In this document: positions 49,469 through 63,691 of the stretch, piece after piece | How the letters are laid out: every line of letters starts with the position of its first letter | Position numbering within the stretch: the stretch's first letter is position 1 | Assembly: GCF_964213995.1 (NCBI RefSeq) | Contig: NC_135830.1 | Coordinates: 5,208,001 to 5,272,000 of the forward strand | Length of the DNA: 64,000 bases | Direction of reading: 5' to 3' | DNA from: Mustelus asterias | Taxonomy: Eukaryota | Position numbers and translations under genes: made by a program | The notes under the pieces: generated by a model | Seen by the model: the letters and a program-made list of their open reading frames with translations, nothing else | The model's database searches: none | What the model was told of the DNA's origin: nothing

Positions 49469-49760
49469 TAAAGTTTATTTATTTGTGTCACAAGTAGGCT
49501 CACATTAACACTGCAATGAAGTGACTGTGAAAATCCCCTAGTCACCACACTCTGGTGCCTGTTCGGGTTACTCTGAGGGAGAATGTAGCATGGCCAATGC
49601 ACTGAACCAGCCCGTCTTTCAGACTGGGGAAGGAAACAGGAGCAGCTGGAGGAAACCCAGGCAGACACGGGGAGAACATGCAGACACCACATGGACAGTG
49701 ACCCAAGCCGAGAATCGATCCCTGGCGCTGTGAGGCAGCAATGCTAACCACTGTGCCGCA
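49469..49760 (-). mobile_element. HE1-type V-SINE
   Basis: Head, V-domain and AATAAACTTT tail. Confidence 0.85.
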
Positions 49761-50000
49761 GCTGGCATAGTGTACTGGCGAGAGAGATCTTCAAGCTCTG
49801 ATTAGCCTCAACATTTGAAACTGTGTGAATAAGGGTATTGTATAGAATCAGATAAAGGGATAGTATGAACCAGTTCTCTTGTATTCCTGTCTAAGATAAT
49901 AAGAGAAAGTGGTGTCAGTAATTGCGGATCCAATTCAATTAATCTGGAGACCAAATTGACCAATTGTCATGTTACAACAGGCCCAACTCTGACGTGTGGT

Positions 50001-50321
50001 AATCATAGAAACCCGACAGTGCAGAAGGAGGCCATTCGGCCCATCGAGTCTGCACCGACCACAATCCCACCCCACATATTTTACCCACTAATCCCTCTAA
50101 CCTACGCATCCCAGGACTCTAAGGGGCAATTTTTAACCTGGCCAATCAACCTAACCCGCACATCTTTGGACTGTGGGAGGAAACCGGAGCACCCGGAGGA
50201 AACCCACGCAGACATGAGGAGAATGTGCAAACTCCACACAGACAGTGACCCGAGCCGGGAATCGAACCCGGGACCCTGGAGCTGTGAAGCAGCAGTGCTA
50301 ACCACTGTGCTACCGTGCCAC
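50001..50321 (-). mobile_element. HE1-type V-SINE (young, near consensus)
   Basis: Intact A/B boxes (GGTTCGATTCC) and TTCTATGA tail. Confidence 0.92.
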
Positions 50322-50543
50322 CAGTAACGGTCACTTTGGTGATAAAAGTAGAGGTTCTGAAGGTTTTCCTTGTGAACCAAATTCTGAAGCCTCCCAAGGC
50401 CAAGTTCCAAGGAAATTACTGTCAAAGAAGGAGCCAGACTCCCAAAGCTGAATTACACAAGAATTCCTGTCAAAGAAGGAGCCAGAGAGGGTTACTCTTC
50501 TACAGACTGATCACCCGCATGAAGCTGTAAAAGTCAATGTCTT

Positions 50544-50829
50544 AAAGTTTATTTATTAGTCACAAGTCAGCTTACATTCACGCTGCAATGAAGCTACTGT
50601 GAAATTCCCCTAGTTGCCACACTCTGTTCAGGTACACTGAATGAGAATTTAGCATGGCCAATCCACCTAACCTTCACATCATTGGGCTGTGGGAGGAAAC
50701 CGGAGGACGGGGAGGAAACCCATGCAGACATGGGGAGAATGTGCAGACTCCGCACAGACAGTGACCCAAGCCGGGAATTGAACCCGGGTCCCTGGCACTG
50801 TGAGGCAGCAGTAACCACTGTACCACCGT
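50544..50829 (-). mobile_element. HE1-type V-SINE
   Basis: Head, V-domain and tail as in the other copies. Confidence 0.88.
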
Positions 50830-52259
50830 ATTCAGTAAACCTTTTTCATTCAATAAACTTCTTTTTAAATTTACTATCCAGAGAATTCTGCCTTTACCAC
50901 AAAGAGGGCAGGGAACAGGCTACATATGAATTAAAGATAAACCATTTGGGTCCAGAACGTTGTGAACATCCTTTTACTCTGGTTGTCTTTGATCCTCAAG
51001 TCATTTTCTGTTTGTTTTAACCATGTTCTGTTTCATTAATAAACTTTTATCAGTAAAAATATTTGATTTTGCTGGACTTTTCCTGATGAGATTGATGCAC
51101 TTTAGGGAAAGTGGGTGAGAGGGGTTGGCAGGCTCTTTAACAGAAAGTGAGTCCCTCTAAGGTAATTGGCAAAGGAGCCAGAGGGGGAGATGGGATTTTA
51201 TTTTTTGACACAGCGAGTTGTTCAGATCTGCTTGAAAGATTCAATAGTATATTCCCAAAGGGTAAAGACTTGAAAGGGAAGAATTTGCAGGGCTGTGGGG
51301 AAAGAACAGAGCAGTTGGATGAATCAGAGAGTTCTTGCAAAGAGATAGCAGGGACATGACGGGCTGAATGGACTCCTGCAGCCCGTCAATCTCAGCCTCC
51401 TGCTTTTGTGCAGGTTAAAAGGAACAGATTTCAGTGCAGCCTCTTCCCTGTATAGGTATTTAAAGAGACGGGTCTCTCTTTAGTTCTGAATGACTGATAT
51501 AACAATTGGTTGGAGGCCCATTTCCCACTCAGTCCTCCAGCAGCTTCCTGTCTCTCTATTAGTGCGACGCCCATGGCAGTTTCCCAACTGGAGCGCAGGC
51601 CCCGTTATTCTCAGCTAAATTCAGCCCTCAGCTCCGTCGCCTGGCTGTCATTAACACGAGCAATAGAGAGACAGAAAGGTGCCCCAGGCTCAAATGGGAA
51701 GTCGAAACGTGTGGCTTTAAATGAACTGTTCGGTAAACAAATTAAAGATTCACATGACAAAACTTCAAGTTTTCTGATGTTTACTCCAACAAACTGGAGG
51801 CAACAATGACTAAACACTTTTTTATAGGGAACATCGCCCTTAAACTGTACAATTAAACTTTGCCCTTTTACTCTTAACACCATTAAATATCCAACTCAAT
51901 GGATATATTTTACTCTGCCTTGGAATGTTGACATACTTTCTCCAAAAACCAGCCCAAAGTGATTCTTTACTCCTCCTTTTCCAGTCTGGCAACCTTTAAT
52001 CCCAGAACTGTCCTTCACAGAGACGGTTCTCCTGGACATTTTCCCACTAACACAAGCAAGGCGAATCTTCCAGTCTTGTTTCACAATTCTCAGGAATTTG
52101 TGACCAACATTCGACATCGGAGCAGAAGTCGGCCATTTGGCCCTTTGAGTCGGCTCCACCGTTTATTTAGATCATGGCTGATCTGTTTGTGTTGCGTTCT
52201 CGTGTTATACCCGATACTTTTGATGTCCTTATCCAACAAGAATTAGTATAAAGGCAAAA

Positions 52260-52980
52260 TTCTGCCCTTCAGCCCTCCAAGTCTGCACCGACCATGCTGC
52301 CCAACTTAACTAAAACCTCCTACCCTTCCGGGGACCATATATATTCCCATCCTATTCATGTATTTGTCAAGACGCTCCTTAAAAGTCACTACTGTATCCG
52401 CTTCCATTACCTCCCCTGCCAACGAGTTCCAAACACCCGCTATTCTGTAAAAAATCTGCCTCGAACATCTCCTTTAAACCTTCCACCCTGGGAAAAAGCT
52501 TCTGACTATCCACTCCGTCCATGCCTCTCAATCTTGTAGACTTCTATCAGGTCCCCCCTCAACCTCTGTCACTCCAGTGAGAACAAACCAAGCTTCTCCA
52601 ACCTCTCCTCATAGCTAATGCGCTCCATACCAGACAACATCCTGGTAAAACTTTTCTGCACCGTCTCCAAAGCCTCCACATCCTTCTGGTAGTGTGGCGA
52701 CCAGCATTGAACACTATATTCTAAGTGCGGCCTAACTAAGCTTCTATAAAGCTGCAACCTGACTTGCCAATTTTTAAACTCAATACCCCGGCCGATGAAG
52801 GCAAGCATGCCATATGCCTTCTTGACTACCTTCTCCACCTGCATTGCCACTTTCAGTGACCTGTGTACCTGTACACCCAGATCCCTTTGCCTATCAATAC
52901 CCTTAAGGGTTCTGCCATTTACTGTATATTTCCTATCTGTATTAGACCTTCCAAAATGCATTACCTCACATTTGTCCGGA
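52260..52980 (-). mobile_element. CR1 LINE ORF2 C-terminus
   Basis: KCEVMHFG...[15 protein letters not shown] motif. Confidence 0.92.
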
Positions 52981-55748
52981 ATAATAAAGGATAACATTCC
53001 ATTTGTCAGAACTTTGATTTGTTTGAACTAAGATTTATGAGGGTTCTCTTGTTTACAATAACCTCCCTAATCGTAAATCACACCAGGTTCCAGTGACTTA
53101 ACCATGTGGCAAGAAAGAATACTTTAAATGGTGAATTCAGAAAGTTTATTAATCATTAAAAATGTAACAAGTCAGAAAGATAAAAAACAGAGTGTTGATT
53201 AACAGTTAATAGAGAAAGTTTAACTTTAACAATTGAACAGACTTCTCTCCATCCCTCTCAGACCAGGACATGAAGTGACTGCTCCAAAAACATGGATAAC
53301 TTGTAAAACCAACAGCTCTCCACACCTCTCTGTAAACATCTCTCCCTCCACCTCTCTCTACCAAATTGCCTTCTCAAGACCACTTTTTTATACTTAAAAC
53401 ATGTAAAAAGCCCATCTTAGCCAATTCCCATAAATCTTCAATTATGAACTAAAATAGACACGAGTTTTCAAGTGATTTAAAAACAAATGAACTGTCTGCT
53501 GAAAGGGTTAACTTTTCTACAGAACCTAAAGGGATGGGGAGTGAGCAGCAAAAACTTGGCACACAATTACATCACTTTACACAAGATTAAAACAAAACAA
53601 ATGGTTTTAAACTTCATCTATTAATTTTTTTGTTATATTCCTCAACCTATTTAATTTGATCAGTTTTTGTTAGGGATGGGTAACTTCTGTTCTTTATAAA
53701 CTGATTCACTCATTTTGTTCATTCGACATGGGCTCGGAGAATCAGAACCCAGACTTTATCATCCTGATCCTTTTTCTCCCTTTGCCACCACTCCCTCTGT
53801 TTTGCGGGAGGGTTGTGGGGATTCCAATCAGACCGAATCATTTTATCAAAAAAGTAAAATACTGCGGATGCTGGAATCTGAAACAAAAACAGAAAATGCT
53901 GGAAAATCTCAGCAGGTCTGACAGTATCTGTGAAGAGAGAATAGAGCCAATGTTTCGAGTCTGGATGACCCTTTATAAGAGCTCATATGAAGTGTCATCC
54001 AGACTCGAAAGATTGGCTCTATTCTCTCATAATTTTAATCGATAAGTTTCTTGTTCTTAGTTTCCAAATGGCAGGTAAGAGACCTGTCCGGTCCCCACTC
54101 TGATTTTTTCACTGGCCATGCTTGGGTAGGATTATAACCATTAGAATCTACTCTCAGAGGTCTGCTTTTCAGTCCAGTGCTACTTGGAGTATACCGTCAC
54201 TTCACCAACTATCAGGTCACAAGTCCCTCACAGTTCTTATCACAAATTTATGATAAAATAATTTAAACATGCCTGAGAACACTTCTTAACTTCTTAGTCA
54301 GCGACCTACCCCCGTTTGTTGATTAGTCAGACCCCTTTTTTACAGATTCCAGGTTCCTCAGCCGCTGAACACCAGCCGGTCCTGCAATAATCTCATAGAA
54401 TCTCTCCAGTGCAGAAGGAGGCCATTCGGCCCATCAAGTCTGCACCAACCACAATCCCACCGACACTGTCCCCATAACCCCATTCATTTACGCTAGCTAG
54501 TCCCCCTGACACAAAGGGGCAATTTAGCATGGCCAATCCACCTAACCCACACATCTTTGTACTGTGCGAGGAAACCGGAGCACCCGGAGGAAACCTACAC
54601 AGACACTGGAGAATGTGCAAACTCTACACAGACAGTGATCCAAGCTGGGAATCAAACCCGGGTCCCTGGCGCTTTGAGGCAGCAGTGCTAACCACTGTAC
54701 CACCGTGCCGCCCCAGTTTAATTCGAGCTCATTCTGAGTAAATATTCTCACCAGGTCCTCTGTCAGGGCCCTGCTGAGCAGCTTTAATGGTCCGTGATTG
54801 CAGAAACTGAGCAGTCACAGGAATGTGGTCAAGATAGTCCAGTCCTATAATGCCTCACATTCAATCTGCAGTCCTTCAATTATAACAGAATATGTGGCTG
54901 TATGTAGCTGCCTCGGCCACGATCAGCGCCAACACTGCCTTCCTGAACTGCTACAATGCCTGAGGTGTAGGTACACCCACAGTGCTGTTAGGGAGGGATT
55001 TCCAGCTACACATTCCAGACTTTCACTAACTGTTGGTGGGTTCCAGATTGATATATTCCATTCAACACACCCAAGGTGAGTTTTTCCAATTCCTTTATTG
55101 TCCAGGACAATATATTTACAATATCTTTAAAACAGAAATTAAACATTCCCATTTGATTTCAGACAGGAACATATTCTGTTAGTTTGTTCTTTATTGTCGC
55201 TGTCAGGCTGGGGTTGTTCCCCTTGGAGCAAAGGAGGTTGAGGGGAGATTTGATAGAGGTGGACAAGATTCTGACAGGTTTAGATAAGATGGACAAAGAA
55301 AAGCTGTTCCCATTCGCTGATGGGACAAGGATGAGGAGGTCACAGATTTAAGGTTTTGGGTCAGAGATGCAGGGGGGATGTGAGGAAGAATATTTTGATG
55401 CAGCGAATGGTAATGACCTGGAACTCGCTGCCTACGAGGGTGGAGGAAGTGGAGACAATAAACAATTACAAAGGAAATGGGATGGGCGTTTGAGGGGGTT
55501 TCAAACAAATATAGTGACTCTTAACTTCCTCACACCCTGTCACTCTGTGATCCGTGTGAAATTTAAAACCGGGTATTCGCAACAAGACTCAAAGAGCATC
55601 AGCTCACTGGAGGCAGTTGTGAGACCGGCCAGTCCAGCAGAAAGAAACCCCCCGACCCTCCCCATTGACCAACTGTGAGAATGAACAAAATGCAGTCCTG
55701 GATGTAATTGAGAGCAGAAACAATAACAGCAGAATCCAACCCCTGGAA

Positions 55749-56339
55749 TCACTCGTGAACTCGCTGGTGTCTCAACAGGTGGGATGTCCGAGTGAATCCC
55801 TCCCCACACTCAGAGCAGGTGAATGGCCTCTCCCCAGTGTGAACTCGCTGGTGTCTCCGCAGGGCAGATGACTGAGTGAATCTCTCCCCACACTGAGAAC
55901 AGGTGAACGGCCTCTCTCCAGTGTGAACTCGCTGGTGTGTCTGCAGGTGGGATGTCCGAGTGAATCCCTTCCCACATTGAGAGCAGGTGAATGGCCTCTC
56001 TCCAGTGTGAACTCGCTGGTGTGTCTGCAGGTGGGATGACCGAGTGAATCCCTTCCCACATTGAGAGCAGGTGAATGGCCTCTCTCCAGTGTGAACTCGC
56101 TGGTGTGTCTGCAGGTGGGATGACCGAGTGAATCCCTTCTCACACTGAGAGCAGGTGAACGGTCTCTCCCCAGTGTGAACTCGCTGGTGTTTGCGCAGGC
56201 TGGATAAATGAGTGAATCCCTCCCCACACTGAGAACACGTGAATGGTCTCTCCCCAGTGTGGCTGCGCCGATGAGCTTCCAGCTCTGATGGGACTCTGTA
56301 TCTCTTCCCACAGTCCGCACATTTCCATGGTTTCTCCAT
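55749..56339 (-). CDS. Z9: C2H2 zinc-finger protein, 7 fingers, 196 aa
   Basis: MEKPWKC start at 56339, exon acceptor at 56689, three near-identical RS/TSHLQT fingers. Confidence 0.88.
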   Translation of the reverse strand: MEKPWKCADCGKRYRVPSELEAHRRSHTGERPFTCSQCGEGFTHLSSLRKHQRVHTGERPFTCSQCEKGFTRSSHLQTHQRVHTGERPFTCSQCGKGFTRSSHLQTHQRVHTGERPFTCSQCGKGFTRTSHLQTHQRVHTGERPFTCSQCGERFTQSSALRRHQRVHTGERPFTCSECGEGFTRTSHLLRHQRVHE

Positions 56340-57459
56340 GGTGCAGGTGTCCTTGCCTCTGTCTTGGGTGGACAATCAGTTGAAGCCTCATCCACACACA
56401 GAACAAGGGTACAGTCACTCCCTGCTGTGAATGGTGTGATATTTATTCAGGCTGTGTAACTGGTTAAAGCTCTTTAGTTCGTGCGCTGGAACACACTCAC
56501 TCGAGTGTGGCAGTGTGTTGGTGCTTTTCCAGTCACACTGATGTTTGAAATCTTTTCAAATCAACAGACTGGACAATCATTTCTCCTTCTAGATTCAAAG
56601 TCCGATGATATTCAGCTCCCAAGGGATATGACTCTGTCAGATCTGATGTGACATTTGAGATTTCGGCCTGTGATTCCTCTTTCAATATCCTGTAAAATGA
56701 GTTTACACATATCATCAGTGTCAGTACAGGATAGAAATTCAGAACAGGATTCTATTTAAAAATGAAAGTAGATGGGCACTTCAAGGAAATAAACTTTCAG
56801 GAGAATGGGGATATAGAGTGGGAATGGGACTGGAATGTTATACAGAGAGTCAGCATGGACTCGAGTTACCAAATGGATTCCTTCTGTGCTGTAATGACGT
56901 TATGGCTCGAAATGTATAACATCGCTGCAGCATTATATTATAATGCAAGAAATAATAATAAATGTATTTTATTACAGAAACATAAATAATATATCTAATC
57001 TGGGTACCATATAATAACACGAGACATATCTCTGTCCTATATTAATTTACTGTCCCCTTAAATATCAGCCATCTGCTGCCCTTTAATTGTGAACATTTGG
57101 AAAGAGACCATCCTTTTAGACAGAAAGAAGATTAACGTTTCAGGGTGGGCAGAATGAATTAGAGGGAATAAAAATGTCTCAGATTTTGTTGGTCAATATA
57201 AGCTCAGAAGTGGAAGGGAAATGATCTCCAGTGGAAGAGAAACAATTCCTGAACATTGTAAGACTAAGCTGGTAAATCAGCAGTGAATAGAGTTGTGAAG
57301 TGGTAAAAACATCAAGACATAGCTTGCCAAAATAATAGTTAAAATACACCCTTTGTTAGAGGCAGAGGAAGGTAGACAATGGCAGAGAGCTGATCAGGGA
57401 GGGCAGAGGTGAAACAGAGAAATGGATGGCCGTTAAAATATTCATTCATGGATGTACAA

Positions 57460-58730
57460 GGCATGGTTAGCAAGTTTGCAGATGATACTAAATTAGGAGG
57501 TATCGCTGATAGCGAAGAAGGTTATCAAAAATTATAGGGGGATCTTGATCAGTTGATCGGTTAGGGAAGTGGGTCGATGATTGGCAAATGGATTTTAGTA
57601 CAGATAATACAGAGTACAGAGGCACAACCTCAGGCTAAAGGGACAATCCTTTAAAACAGAGATAAGGAGGAATTTCTTCGGCCAGAGAGTGGTGAATTTG
57701 TGGAACTTTTTGCCGCAGAAGGCTGTGGAGGCCAGGTCATTGAGTGTCTTTAAAACAGAGATATATAGGTTCTTGATTAATAAGAGGATCAGGGGTGATG
57801 GGAAAAAGGCAGAAGAATGGTGATGAGAAAAATATCAGCCATGATTGAATGGTGGAGCAGACTCGATGGGCCAAGTGGCCTAATTCTGCTCCTATGTCTT
57901 ATGGTCTTGAGTGTGAGTGTTGCATTTTGGAAAGTCAAACCAGGGTAGGACTTATACAGTAAATGGTAAGGCCCTGGGGAGTGTTGAGGAACAGAGGAAC
58001 CCAGGAGTACAGAGGGACCCAGGAGCACAAGTACATAGTTCGTTGAAAGTGATGTCACAGGTAGACAGAGTGGTGAAGAAGGCATTTAGCACACTGGCCT
58101 TCATCAGTCAGGGCACTGAGTATAGGAGTTGGGACATTATGTTATAGTTGTATTATTCGTTGGTGAGGCTGCACTTGGAGTATTGTGTACAGTTTTTGTA
58201 ACCCTGTTATAGGAAAGACATTGATAAACTGGAAAAAGTGCAAAGAAGATTTATGAGGATGTTGCTGGGACTAATGGGCCTGAGTGATCACGAGAGGTGG
58301 ACAGGCAAGGGCTTTATTCCTTCGAATGTAGGAGAATGTGGGGTGACTATATTGAGGTGTATTAAATCATGGGGGGCATTGGTAGGATGAACCCACATAG
58401 TCTTTTTGCCAGGGTAGGGGAATTGAAAACTGGAGGGCATAGGTTTAAGATGAGAGGGGAAAGATTAAAAGAGACCTGAGGGGCAACTTCTTCATGCAGA
58501 GGGTGGTGTGTCCATGGAATGAGCTGCCAGAGAAAGTGGTTGAGGCAGGTTTAAACAGCAGGTTTAAACATTTAAAAAGCATTTGGATAAGTACATGAAT
58601 TGGAAAGGATTAGAGGGATATGAGCCAAACATGGGCAATTGGGACTAGCTGGGAGGGCACCATGGTTGGCATGGATCAGTTGGGCCGAAGGGCCTGTTTC
58701 CGTGCTGTATTGCTCTATGACTCTATGTGT
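57460..58730 (+). mobile_element. CR1 LINE with a nested CR1 3' fragment (about 57615-57905)
   Basis: FADDTK and LHFGKSNQGRTY motifs, (CTCTATGA)n tail. Confidence 0.88.
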
Positions 58731-59546
58731 TGGCTGCATCAGCATCTATTGCCTACAACTCATTGCCCTTGAACTGAGTGGCTTGCATTGCTGGGGGAAG
58801 TGGTAATTTCCTTCTTTAAAAGGACATTATTAAATCGGATGGATTTTTACGACAATTGTCATCAATGGACTTCTAATTCTAGATTTGTACTGAATTCAAA
58901 TTTCAACATCTGCCGTTGTGGGATTCGAACCCAGGGTTCACAGTGTGTTGCCTGGATCCCTGTGTTACTAATCCAATAACACTATCACTGCACCATTGCC
59001 TCCCCATCCATGGTAAAGGAGTCATAATAGCCCGAATCCATGGAATCAGAGCATGCTCTAAATTTGAATTAATGCTCACTAACACTCACCTCAAGACAAT
59101 TTCACTGTTTTCAATTTTAAAATCTGCTGCAGCTGAAAAGATCTCAGAGAGATTGGTGTCCGGGAAAAATGTTGCAATCTTCAAATCGTGTCCCTGTAAA
59201 TGAGGAAAGTTATCGGTGTAATTCAAGGTTAGAAATTCAAGACAGTCAAACATTTCTTTTGGTCTGAGTTTGCTGTGAGTAAATCCTCCCCTTCTAACCC
59301 CCTGTAAAAGGAGTTTCCAAAATCCATCAGCATCTGTCCAGAACAGAAATTCAAAACATTCTCTCCTCCTTTAACCTGGCACAGAATTACTTTAGCTGGG
59401 ACAAAATTGCAGTGGAGGCAGTTCAGGGAAGGTCCAGTTGGTTGATTCCTGAAATGAGGAGTTTTATCTTTCAGGTTGAGCAGCTGGGGCCTGTACTCAT
59501 TGGAGTTTAAAAGACTGAGAAGTTATTGAAACATCTGGGAATTTAA

Positions 59547-59848
59547 GGGCGGCATGGTGGTTAGTACTGCTGCCTCACAGTGCCAGGGTCCCAGGTTCAA
59601 TTCCAGCCTTGGGTCACTGTCTGTGTGGAGTTTGCACATTTTCTGTCCATGTCTGTGTGGGTTTCGTCCAGGTGCTCCGGTTTCATCCCACAGTTCAAAG
59701 ATGTGTGGGTCAAGTGGATTGGCCATGCTAAATTGACCCTAGTGTCAAATGCATGGGGTTGTGGGGATGGGGCCTGGGTGGGATTGTGATCGGTACAGAC
59801 TCGATGGGCCGAATGGCCTGCTTCTGCACTGTAGGGATTCTATGATTC
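59547..59848 (+). mobile_element. HE1-type V-SINE inserted in a CR1 fragment (about 59390-60160)
   Basis: Head, V-domain and TTCTATGATTC tail. Confidence 0.85.
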
Positions 59849-60164
59849 ATATGATATAAGGTGCTTGACAAGGTAGATGCTGAGAGGATGTTTCCTCTGG
59901 TGTGGAAATCAAGTAAAAATAAAGGATCTCAAATTTAAGATGAAGATGAAGAGAGATCTTTTCTCTCAGCGGGTTGTTGATCTTTGGAACTCTGTCTTCA
60001 CCAGTGAGGATTGGAGGCAGGTCATTGAATATATTCAAAGCTGAGGTTTTGATCCACAAGAAAGTCAAGGGTATGGACGGGCTGGGGGTAGCAAAGTAGA
60101 CATGATCTTATTGAATGATGCAGCAGGCTCGATGGGCCGAATGACTGGCTCCTGTTCTTGGATA

Positions 60165-60620
60165 GCTGCGCATGCGCCCTGCTACCTATTGTCCCTCTGA
60201 AGATCGAGGTTCTGAACCAGCCCGAAACCACGCCCATTGTGACCCACAACCGACAGCAGCGCATGCGCTCCCCTTCCCCGCTGAAACAAGATGGCGGCCG
60301 ATAACCGGGGCCTGTTCCCGGGATAAACGCCTGGGAGCTGTAAACCCGAGACCTGCAGGATCTTATTCGGGCCGTGCGGCCTACAGCGGATGTTTGTAAA
60401 GCCATAGCTCACTCCCTCCCCCGACTCCCGGTTCCATTTCTCCCGCAGCCCCACCGACTCACTTGGGGATAAAAGCGTCTCCCGCACTCGCAGGACTCCG
60501 GGCAAAGTGACACTGCGCACGCGCGAGACATAGCACCGCGCCTGCGCAATAGGCTCCTGTGGAATGAAGAGGACACTTTCGCACCCGCAAGGGCACCTGG
60601 GAATTAACGGCGTCATTGTC
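60165..60620 (-). promoter_or_regulatory. P8: CpG-rich promoter, probably for Z9
   Basis: Four GCGCATGCGC-like sites, AAGATGGCGGCC (YY1 consensus), TTACAGCTCCCAG (ZNF143-like) on the minus strand. Confidence 0.65.
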
Positions 60621-61519
60621 AAAGACGATAGTACGAAATTATCTTGTTCAATGAAGATCAATTAATTTTTAAAAATGCATTCCTCGGAATTTGTGCGCTG
60701 CCATTCTCTACTTCTAAAATTGATTTAAACCAGTGCTCTCCTGTGGGAATACCCCGAGTTTTAAAAACTTTTCCCACTGGTTTCCCTCTCTCTCTGCTCC
60801 CCTGAAGGTGCTCACACAGGTTGGGTAAATCCCACAGAGATTGGTTTCTTTCATTTTCTTTCTCCTGATGCTGAATGTTTTATGGAATGATACATCACAG
60901 ATGGAAACCATTTGGCTCATCCTGCCCAGTCGGGCTGTCTTTAAGATCTATCCAATTAATCCCACAGCCCTGCTGGCAGAGTGAGAACAATATCTATATA
61001 CTGCAGCAAGATAGGAGATGAATGGAAAATGTTTTCCAGTTGCATACCTCTCAGACACACTCACCCCTGGAAAGATAAACTGGCCTGTGTACTAAGCAGA
61101 TATTAAGGTTCCACTTAAAATTAAAACAGAAGGTGCTGGAAAAATGCAGCAGTCACCAGGGCCGAGTTATGGTCAAAATGATGGTGTTGAGCTGCCGTTA
61201 GAAAATAACCAGCAATCCAACAAGCCACTCAAAATATTGAATCAAACAAAATTGATCAAAGATTGAGCCAAAGTATTCTGTTTTCCAACATGGTGCTATG
61301 ATTTTTTGTGATGGTTTTAATGTTCTCACAATTACCTGGTGTAGTCCGGGTTTATTTTATACTCATTCCAACCCATCGCTGTTCATGAGCACATTACCCC
61401 CACTCTGATTCCCCATCCCATCAGAGACAACTGAGTCACTGACTGGAAATTAGGGCTTTTAATGAGAGCTCTGACAACCGAGAATGCACCGTCAGCAGAA
61501 TCAACCCGAGCGAACAAAC

Positions 61520-62310
61520 CCCAGACAGTGAACATTATCCCCCCCAGACCCAAATATAAAACAGTGAACATTATCCCCCAGACCTGAATATAAAACAGTG
61601 AACATTATCCCCCAGACCCAAATATAAAACAGTGAACATTATGCCCCCCAGACCCGAATATAAAACAGTGAACATTATCCCCCAGACCCGAATATAAAAC
61701 AGTGAACATTATCTCCCAGACCCGAATATAAAACAGTGAACATTATCCCCCAGACCCGAATATAAAACAGTGAACATTATCCCCCAGACCCGAATATAAA
61801 ACAATGAACATTATCCCCCCCAGACCCGAATATAAAACAGTGAACATTATCCCCCAGACCCGAATATAAAACAGTGAACATTATCTCCCAGACCCGAATA
61901 TAAAACAGCGAACATTATCCCCCAGACCCGAATATAAAACAGTGAACATTATCCCCCCCAGACCCGAATATAAAAGTGAACATTATCCCCCCCAGACCCG
62001 AATATAAAACAGTGAACATTAACCCCCCCAGACCCGAATATAAAGCAGTGAACATTATCTCCCAGACCCGAATATAAAACAGTGAACATTCTCCCCCCAG
62101 ACCTGAATATAAAACAGTGAACATTATCTCCCAAACCGAATATAAAACAGTGAACATTATCCCCCAGACCCAAATATAAAACAATGAACATTACCCCCCC
62201 CCCCAAGACCCGAATATAAAACAGTGAACATTATCCCCCAGATCCGAATATAAAGCAGTGAACATTATCCCCCAGAACCAAATAAAGAACAGTGAACATT
62301 ATCCACCCCC
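61520..62310. repeat. 34-37-bp minisatellite (AGACCCGAATATAAAACAGTGAACATTATCCCCC), about 22 copies
   Basis: Direct tandem repeats with a variable C-run. Confidence 0.95.
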
Positions 62311-63691
62311 CCACTTGAATACAAAATTGTCCTGATGGATTCAGACAGCATTATCACAATATTCCAAATGTGTTTTTTCCAGGAATAGATTCAGCGGCTG
62401 TATCACTGGAGGCCAGAGATACTCTCCTCAAACTCGGCTCATGTGAGGAATCCCTCCAATGAGGCTCAGGAATGCTACAACCAGAGTCACGTGACCACCA
62501 AGTGTGTAACTGAACAAACTACCGCAACGTTGAAGATGTGTTTCAGTGTGAAATGATTTGCTTCACCTGTTGCTTCAGATTTGAGAGAGGGTAATTTGAC
62601 CTTGACCCAGGCACTTTTCAGATCTGAAAGTGATGGCCTTTAGCACAATCACAAGGCTGCACAATACAGAGGGAACACTAATCTGTTTCGTTCTGCGACT
62701 ATGTCGTGGTTACACGAGTGATACTTTCCACTAATTAGCTGCCAGCACCAAAAAGGCATTCAGCCTCCCACACAAATGAGCAAGGCTGGGTATGAATATC
62801 TTTGCCAGTGCAGTGCCGGGTACCAGGCTGTACATCCCAGTGAGTGGCTGATAAATCAAGGAACATGCTGTTTGATTCTGTCAGAATAGGTAGTGATTTT
62901 TTCAGCAGGAAACACTCACCAAACCAAAAATACAATGTTTACTGTGAATACAGATTGGGCAGCACTTGCTGAACAATCCTGAGTGTGTCAATAGCTACAC
63001 TCATAATCAACTGAAGATAATCAGTCGAGTTCATAATACGGCTCAGTTGTAGTTGTGAGAAGCAACTTACATTTATACTCAGCGATCCTTTCCCTGCAAA
63101 CAAAAGGAGAATTTTCAAGTCTTGCACCTTTTTTGAATTTCCCAGAAGCTTGAGAAACCTACAGTCTTCTATTGATTTCTCCATGGTGATGCTTCAAGTC
63201 AATGAGAGTCCACCAATTGTGATCATTTGAAATTTGGCATTCTTCTGTTTGTCCTGATGAGTGCATGATGAAGAGATTCAGCAACAGGTCTCTCTTTTCA
63301 GCAATATTCAAGTTCAGTTCTAACAAGTATCTGTGCATTGTTTTATGTTCCTTGATAATTAAATGTGATCGGGGAAGTGTCACTGTGAATAATGTGCAAG
63401 TCAGTAAGAATTGTCAGCATTTTCTAATTGGAAATCTTAAGCAGTGGAACCTTTCAGACACTGAATTGTACAGTTTGCACCAAACATCAATTTAAGATTG
63501 CAGGAAAAGTTCATAAACTTATGAGAAACAAGTTCCTGTTGAGAGTTCCTGAATTTAAAAAAAATCACAGATGGTGCTTTTAAAAAGGGACACAGCAGCC
63601 CTGAAAATCAGTGACATCTCAGAATATTAAACTTCAGCCAGTTGTAGGGATCGTTAATGTCAGCAGAAACAAACCAAATATTGTCAGACTA

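Noticed and set aside
49905-49925. TGGTGTCAG as an LTR-retrotransposon primer-binding site
   Set aside because: Short match only; no paired LTRs or gag/pol nearby
51510-51809. 99-aa ORF in unique sequence with a TATA-like element upstream
   Set aside because: No recognisable domain and weak splice or start support
61520-62310. Minisatellites (also 1690, 13026, 38269) as CRISPR arrays
   Set aside because: No unique spacers, no cas genes, eukaryotic context
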